Positions 58,155-64,000 of a DNA stretch of 64,000 nt are shown here, piece by piece. The translations under genes and the position numbers were made by a program. The notes under the pieces are model-generated. The model did no database searches, was not told the DNA's origin, and saw only the letters and a list, made by a program, of their open reading frames with translations. The first letter of the stretch is position 1, and every line of letters starts with the position of its first letter. This stretch comes from Spirochaetota bacterium (GTDB taxonomy: Bacteria; Spirochaetota; UBA4802; UBA5550). The DNA lies in contig CAXXHB010000003.1 in NCBI GenBank assembly GCA_963664815.2, positions 3,424,001 to 3,488,000 on the forward strand, given 5' to 3'.

Positions 58155-58793
58155 TTACCTCTTAAAATAAATATGAATTTCATCGGGGTATGCCGTTTCA
58201 AGACCCGGCTTCCATTTTTTGTATAGAGTCATGTCATCCGCCGCACCGAGAGGGTTATAGTATACAGGATATTTTTTATTTGTAATAATTTCATATGCCG
58301 GGGAAACTCCGTTTTTCTGATTTATTATAACCGGCGTCTTCTCATAAGTAATTGAACAATAAAATGATCGGTCGAAGATCGCAATGTAAAAATCATCATC
58401 GTATTTTAATTTTGTAAAAGGGACAAAGAAGCTGTAATAAAGGACTCCATCTTTCTGCCATGCCTTGAATTCTTTAACGGTATCGGGATTGTTGCGGGCT
58501 GTTCCCTTTCTGAAAAATACAAAGTAACCGTAGTTTACAAGATCTTTAAACTGGTTGTTATAAAGGTTTTTCATTTCCTTTTCATCAAACTGGCCGTCGC
58601 GGTTTTTATCAAAATCGTGGATTGTTGATCCGCTGAAAAAATCATCAAATTCCCATTGTATACGGCATCCTTCACATTGAGTCCCGTTAAAGTCCAGGGT
58701 GACGCATGATTTCATCCTGACGTGCGGATGAGCAAAAGCCCCTGTCGCCGCGAGTAATATCAATAATAAAGCTGACAGAAGTATTTTACGCAT
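58155..58793 (-). CDS. DUF1007 (ZevA-like) periplasmic protein
   Basis: Signal ending AFA-HPHV, WEFDDFFS, EF-hand-like DKNRDGQFD..E, FDRSFY. Confidence 0.85.
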   Translation of the reverse strand: MRKILLSALLLILLAATGAFAHPHVRMKSCVTLDFNGTQCEGCRIQWEFDDFFSGSTIHDFDKNRDGQFDEKEMKNLYNNQFKDLVNYGYFVFFRKGTARNNPDTVKEFKAWQKDGVLYYSFFVPFTKLKYDDDFYIAIFDRSFYCSITYEKTPVIINQKNGVSPAYEIITNKKYPVYYNPLGAADDMTLYKKWKPGLETAYPDEIHIYFKR

Positions 58794-58872
58794 GATTATC
58801 TCCTTTTTGAATTATCATTCAATATAATAACTGTAGTAGTATCAGTGAAAATGTGTTTTCTTTCAAATTTAC

Positions 58873-59799
58873 TTAATTGAATTTTTTCATAAATGTCATT
58901 GGATTTATAGCCCGTCCGTTTTTTCTTATTTCGAAATGAAGATGTGATCCCGTTGAACGCCCGGTATTACCTGACAATGCAATAATCTCACCCGGTCTGA
59001 CCTGTTTCCCTTTTTTCACAAGACATCTGCTTAAATGGCCGTAGAAGCTTCTGTAGCCGAATTCATGTTCAACTATGACAAGATTGCCGTAACCATCTTC
59101 GTACCCGGAAAAAACAACTTCACCGCCGCGGGCGGCATGAACTTTAGTACCGGAATGACATCCCAGGTCTATCCCTTTATGGAATTCCATTCTTTTATTA
59201 TTTAACGGGTTTCTCCGGACTCCAAAACCTGATGTTGCTTTTCCAAACTCAATTGGTGAAAAAAACGCTGTTCCCATGAACAGAGACCGTTCGACAGCGG
59301 AAATTTTTCCGCAGGGAACAAAAATAAATTTTTTATCAAGAGTTTCAGTTTTATTGATTGCCTTAACGTATTTAATGTCAATTCTTCCAGCGGCAAGTAC
59401 ACTATACATAGTCTTCAAATTATCTCCGGGTACAATGATCCCCCTCATATTAGGGATATAAAGAACTGTTCCCGGCACTACCTGATATGGGGATGTCAGA
59501 TTATTAACTGACATCAGTGTATCCATATCAAGAGAACACTTTGACATGACAACCCAGAAGTTCTCATTCTGCTTTACATGATATGTATAGAATTTCAGCT
59601 CAGGGAGATCACTCTCCAATTTTCTGCTTTTTACTGTATATACCGCCTGTTTAATATCTTCTCTTATAGATTTTAATCTGAAGTTATCCCTATAGACAAG
59701 ATTCTCCAACTCTTCAAGCTGTTCACCGGCATATACTTTTACTGGAAGCGATACACAGGTCAGTATAGTTGATATGATCAGCATAAATCTTTGCTTCAT
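58873..59799 (-). CDS. LysM + M23 peptidase
   Basis: YHVKQNE LysM; HKGID, GYGN, YGHL, GNTGRSTGSHLHFE. Confidence 0.93.
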   Translation of the reverse strand: MKQRFMLIISTILTCVSLPVKVYAGEQLEELENLVYRDNFRLKSIREDIKQAVYTVKSRKLESDLPELKFYTYHVKQNENFWVVMSKCSLDMDTLMSVNNLTSPYQVVPGTVLYIPNMRGIIVPGDNLKTMYSVLAAGRIDIKYVKAINKTETLDKKFIFVPCGKISAVERSLFMGTAFFSPIEFGKATSGFGVRRNPLNNKRMEFHKGIDLGCHSGTKVHAARGGEVVFSGYEDGYGNLVIVEHEFGYRSFYGHLSRCLVKKGKQVRPGEIIALSGNTGRSTGSHLHFEIRKNGRAINPMTFMKKFN

Positions 59800-59819
59800 T
59801 GTGTTAATCCTTAAATTTT

Positions 59820-60329
59820 TTAAATCCTCACAATCCTGAAAAGATATGTCATGCCATCTTTTGAATCAGGGCCGAGAAAAAAACGGCCCTTAATTTTTGC
59901 TTTTACGATATCACCATATAACCGTTCAACATCAATTTTAAGCGGATTATGACCCCTCGCTGTTTCAACATAAACCATATCATGCAAAGCGGGCGGATTG
60001 CAGAAAGCACAACCACCCATCATCGCCCTGGGGTTTACAAGCCAGAAAGAGTTGATCTCTCCATCCGGGGGAACATCATCTATAGGCATGATAGCTCCGC
60101 TCAATTCTACAGCCGCACCATTCAATGAAGATGCGATTTCATCCGGGAAAACGCCGAAATTTTCTCTTCTTCTGGCGAGTGTTTTCAGATAGCCATATGT
60201 CAGAGTTTTCGTGTTATTCCAGTCCGGTTCCACAATACTGTAAGACCCCGGCTTGCTGTCGATTTTCGTTACCATGACCAGAAACACCACAACCCAGAAT
60301 AACGCCTTAACTATCTTTTTCTTCTGCAT
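59820..60329 (-). CDS. DUF3299-like protein
   Basis: LNG..V.L.G...P, FWLV, GCAFC.PP; ATG 60329 directly after the permease stop. Confidence 0.75.
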   Translation of the reverse strand: MQKKKIVKALFWVVVFLVMVTKIDSKPGSYSIVEPDWNNTKTLTYGYLKTLARRRENFGVFPDEIASSLNGAAVELSGAIMPIDDVPPDGEINSFWLVNPRAMMGGCAFCNPPALHDMVYVETARGHNPLKIDVERLYGDIVKAKIKGRFFLGPDSKDGMTYLFRIVRI

Positions 60330-60330
60330 G

Positions 60331-61575
60331 TCAGCTTGCTGTCTCCTCAATAAGATTCATCCGGTAAACCCAGATCATACTAACCCAGGCAAGCACCTGA
60401 CCGGATATTAAAGTAATGATAATCCCGTTTAACTCCATCCCTGTAATCATCATAGGATAGATGCTGATTCCAAGAAGACCGTGAATATACGGACCAACAA
60501 ACCAGAGTGAGATATGTGAAATTATCACCCCGATAAATGCACCTGATGCGGTAAGTATCAGCGCTTCTGTCATAATAATGAATGAGATTTTTATTCTGCT
60601 GATTCCAAGTGAACGCATAAGGGCCAGTTCATGCCTCCGCTCATTAAGAGACATGATAATTGTTACAAAGATCATCATGGTTACTACGATCAGTGAAACC
60701 GTATTGAACAGTTCTATCAGAATTTCAGCCTTGTTAAGATAGCCGGACATTTTTCTTACAACTCGCCCGCTGTCCACTGCCTGAACAGCATCATTTGAGT
60801 ATTCACGCTCAAGCTGGCCGGAAAAAGCGGGGTTACGTGTTTTTACAAGAACCGATGTCAGTTTACCATCAGTAATTTCGAGGTGGCCTTGTTTGTGTTT
60901 TTCATGATCATGCTTTTCATGTTCATAATGATCGCCTTCTTTATGAATTGCCCAGACCGTTTTGTAGCTGATATACACCGCCCCGTCCTCAGGCCCGCCG
61001 ACCGGTGCAAGTATAGCTTTTACTAAATAAGTGACTTCTGCATGTTCATGTGCATCTTCATCACCCTCCATGCCGTGTGATCCCCTGAATTTATCGCCGA
61101 CATGAAGACCGGTTCTTACCGCGGCTTCACTGCCGAGAACCGCATTCTCCGGAAGGGATAAATCGATTGTACCTTCAGCCGGTAGAACATGGAAGCTTTG
61201 AATATACTCTTCATTTGTTCCGATTATAGGGGTACCTTCTATACTATCAGCAACTGCAAGGGGGTATGCGTTTAGTGTTCTTTTATCCTTTACTATTTTT
61301 TCATAAACAGTAAATGATATAAGACCTGATGGCTTATCTATATGGAAAATAGAATTCATCACAATCTGGATACCGCTCGATTCTGCCGGGCCTATAACAA
61401 GAGGATACCGGATGGACCTCTCCGCTGCATTTTTCCTTAATGAAAAATTAATTGCGCTTACAACAGACAGAAAGATAAGTGATACAGCGATTGCAGCAAT
61501 CGTAATTATTGTTGCTGCCCGCCTGCGGCTCATATATCTCCAGGCTATGGTTAATAAAAATAATTTTTTACGCAT
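60331..61575 (-). CDS. FtsX/MacB-type ABC permease with His-rich periplasmic loops
   Basis: ERRHELALMRSLG, EA; GSHG..HEH and HYEHEKHDHEKH; start moved to 61575. Confidence 0.9.
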   Translation of the reverse strand: MRKKLFLLTIAWRYMSRRRAATIITIAAIAVSLIFLSVVSAINFSLRKNAAERSIRYPLVIGPAESSGIQIVMNSIFHIDKPSGLISFTVYEKIVKDKRTLNAYPLAVADSIEGTPIIGTNEEYIQSFHVLPAEGTIDLSLPENAVLGSEAAVRTGLHVGDKFRGSHGMEGDEDAHEHAEVTYLVKAILAPVGGPEDGAVYISYKTVWAIHKEGDHYEHEKHDHEKHKQGHLEITDGKLTSVLVKTRNPAFSGQLEREYSNDAVQAVDSGRVVRKMSGYLNKAEILIELFNTVSLIVVTMMIFVTIIMSLNERRHELALMRSLGISRIKISFIIMTEALILTASGAFIGVIISHISLWFVGPYIHGLLGISIYPMMITGMELNGIIITLISGQVLAWVSMIWVYRMNLIEETAS

Positions 61576-62239
61576 TTTTCTCACCTTCAATATAAATAGT
61601 CTGAGCCGCCGCAATATCTGAAAACAGCTGATCATGGCTCGCCAGCATGACTCCTGAGCCGTTCTCAGTAAGCCCCAGAAGAGCCTTTTTTACAACATCT
61701 GCGGAATCAATATCAAGGCTGGCTGTAGGTTCATCGGCCAGAATAAAAGGGGGTTCAAGAAGAAGAACTCTTGCGATAGCAACACGCTGCCGCTGACCGA
61801 CGGATAGCTGATACGGGTATTTGCCGATGTGTCCTTTCAAACCCAATGATACCAGTATTTCGCGGGCTTTTCCTTCGTCATGTCCCTGAACCAGACCCGA
61901 TCCAAGTAACGACGGAAGCATTACATTTTCCAGAACGGTCAGCTGACTGAGAAGATTGAACGTCTGAAATACATAGCCGATATTGTTTAATCTGAACCGG
62001 TCGCGTTTAACCTCGGAAAGAATACTGATGCACTGTTCACCGGCATAAACCGTGCCACCTTCAGGAATGAGCAGTCCGGAGAGAATATTCATCAGAGTTG
62101 ACTTGCCGCTTCCGCTGGGTCCCTTCAGCATTGTTATACTTCCCGGAACAACCTCACAGGATATACCGTCCAGAACCTTTTTCATCTCACCATTACTGTC
62201 TTTAAATGATTTTTTTATATCTTTACATACAAGTTTCAT
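61568..62239 (-). CDS. LolD/MacB-type ABC ATPase
   Basis: GPSGSGKST, LSVGQRQRVAIAR, ILADEPT, SHD; start moved to 62239 (GGAG RBS). Confidence 0.95.
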   Translation of the reverse strand: MKLVCKDIKKSFKDSNGEMKKVLDGISCEVVPGSITMLKGPSGSGKSTLMNILSGLLIPEGGTVYAGEQCISILSEVKRDRFRLNNIGYVFQTFNLLSQLTVLENVMLPSLLGSGLVQGHDEGKAREILVSLGLKGHIGKYPYQLSVGQRQRVAIARVLLLEPPFILADEPTASLDIDSADVVKKALLGLTENGSGVMLASHDQLFSDIAAAQTIYIEGEKNA

Positions 62240-62399
62240 ATAAACTCCAAATACAAATAGATTTATTATTACTGGATTTACACCGGACATTAATTTCGAT
62301 AACTGCAGAATGCATGAATGTATAATAAAAAACTATAAGCATTAATTACTGCAATTAAAAATCCGGTGTATCTGTAAACAGGAGTAATACCGGTAAAAT

Positions 62400-62720
62400 T
62401 TAATTAGCGGGAGGTGAGTGACAGCAGAGCGTAAAATTAAGGATAGATGCAGGGAAGTTGTTAAAATACAAATATACACAATCATTAGTAAATTGTAATA
62501 CAGAAAAAAAGGCTTCTATTGAATCATAAATTATAGTAACGGAAGTATTCTGAAGCATACAGAGACTGCAGGTAGATGAATCAAAGCCGTCATGTCTGGA
62601 GTGATCATGATTATGCATATTCGCATTTATGAGGAGGATAGATATAAGGATACTGAGCAGAAAAGTAAATCCGGTTTTTGAACGAAAATATAATAATGAT
62701 AGTGAAACCGGTTTATTCAT
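62400..62720 (-). CDS. Small TM/His/CxxC protein ending HSPP (DUF2946-like uORF)
   Basis: Hydrophobic helix, HNHDHSRHD, CSLC, C-terminal CCHSPPAN. Confidence 0.65.
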   Translation of the reverse strand: MNKPVSLSLLYFRSKTGFTFLLSILISILLINANMHNHDHSRHDGFDSSTCSLCMLQNTSVTIIYDSIEAFFSVLQFTNDCVYLYFNNFPASILNFTLCCHSPPAN

Positions 62721-63127
62721 TTTTTACCAGACTTTACCAGCTTAATAATACTTCTTTTAATCATCATTTCCTCAAAAGTCCAAACAAAAATCTTTTTTAT
62801 CAGATCATTTGTTAATCGGTTTTGTTACAAATATTTGTAAAATAGAGAGAGCAAAGAAACCGCACATTAAAACAGGATTTTATTTTCATAACAGTATTTA
62901 AAAATTACAATTTATAATTATCTTAAAAATAATATCTGAATAAAATACCGGAAAGAAAAGCGGTGAATAAATTTTAAAGAATCAGATCCATCGGCATATC
63001 ATGATATTAAAGAATATTAAAAATGCTTGATCTTTATTTTACAAAATGCATATAAAAATAAAATTCAGATTCAACGATTATATAACTCAAAGTCCATAGG
63101 GGAATTGAATTTAAAAGGAATAATATA

Positions 63128-63745
63128 ATGATAAACGAAGAAAGATACTGGAATAACGATGCATCAAATTATGATAAACGCGCTCAAAAATCACATGAAG
63201 CATACCTGAAAATTATCAGTCTTATTAAAAAAGATATAACAAATGAAATGAATATTTTAGATATTGGAACAGGAACAGGTGAAATACCGCTCAGCATCAG
63301 TAATGATGTAAAAAGTATCCATGCAATTGATTTTTCATCGGAAATGATTCAGATTGCTGAAAATAAAGCTGAAAAAAGAAGAATTGAAAACATTACATTT
63401 CTTGTCCAGGACGGTAATACCTTAAATTATGAAGATAATTCATTTGATGTAATCACTATTATAAATCTATTACATATTGTATCAAAACCCGGGAAAATTA
63501 TAAGTGAAGCAAAGAGATTAATTAAAAATGATGGTAAAATAATTATAGCGACATATCTGCACGATGAAAACATCAGAAGCAAAGTTATTTCATATTTCAT
63601 GAAAATGAAAGGTCATCCGGTAGTTACAATGTATAATAGTAAAACAATTTGTGAATATATAGAAGGATCTCTTTTAAAAATAATTTATAGTGAAAATATC
63701 CCGAATATAATGCCCATATTATACATTACAGCTGTAAAGAAATAA
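63128..63745 (+). CDS. Class I SAM-dependent methyltransferase
   Basis: ILDIGTGTG, IDFS..M, DNSFDVI, LLH, LIK.DG. Confidence 0.92.
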   Translation: MINEERYWNNDASNYDKRAQKSHEAYLKIISLIKKDITNEMNILDIGTGTGEIPLSISNDVKSIHAIDFSSEMIQIAENKAEKRRIENITFLVQDGNTLNYEDNSFDVITIINLLHIVSKPGKIISEAKRLIKNDGKIIIATYLHDENIRSKVISYFMKMKGHPVVTMYNSKTICEYIEGSLLKIIYSENIPNIMPILYITAVKK

Positions 63746-63949
63746 GAATATAAGGAATCACCTGACACTGTGATGGACTTTATAAAATCAATATCAGATA
63801 AAGATTTAATGTCATCAATTGCTGTCTGAAAATTCAGACATTGATATTCTTCAGCAGACTTACTCTGATAAAAAAAATCCATGTATTGTTAAATCAATAA
63901 AAAATGCTCTCTGTCCGGAACATATATCCCTTTTTACTTTCATTTTAAA

Positions 63950-64000
63950 TCAAAGCCTGTAAGCTACATTAATCTGAAGTTCAAGCTCCTGGCTTTTAAT
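63950..64000 (-). CDS. Possible 3' end of a gene entering from beyond the window
   Basis: Open frame IKSQELELQINVAYRL-stop; resembles a final beta-barrel strand; only 16 codons visible. Confidence 0.3.
   Translation of the reverse strand: MKSQELELQINVAYRL

Noticed and set aside
63685-63882. 65-aa minus-strand ORF
   Set aside because: Overlaps the methyltransferase 3' end; no RBS or motif

Overview
AT-rich (roughly 38-40% GC by eye) chromosomal window from a diderm, apparently anaerobic bacterium; lipobox style and gene content suggest a spirochaete-like organism (inference). No rRNA, tRNA, CRISPR array or mobile element was seen. Left to right: (1) an Rrf2-controlled flavoprotein/nitroreductase cluster with four TGTAA-N9-TTACA operators; (2) hemerythrin and an MFS pump; (3) a CoA-transferase and an acyl-CoA dehydrogenase, each preceded by a 24-bp-phased operator array, next to a cytoplasmic PAS kinase/NarL pair; (4) a TonB-dependent receptor operon; (5) dinB, argD, mtgA, paaK-ACT-iorAB, nifUS, pgeF, murJ, tatC, a PHP histidinol-phosphatase and fba; (6) a repeat protein resembling 7_1-knotted proteins; (7) a LysE + TonB receptor pair behind a riboswitch-like leader; (8) a two-sided [FeFe]-hydrogenase locus; (9) an 8-kb Zn/Ni/Co-uptake cluster headed by a His/CxxC uORF ending in HSPP. 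In the hydrogenase locus, a cytoplasmic HydABC has non-bifurcating signatures and an inserted receiver domain, a divergent exported heterodimer has a lipoprotein signal on its catalytic subunit, and two [NiFe]-type maturation-protease homologues both lack the conserved metal-ligand His. This locus, the LysE leader, the uORF and a strong CCGG excess are the best leads. All family calls come from reading motifs, not from database searches.
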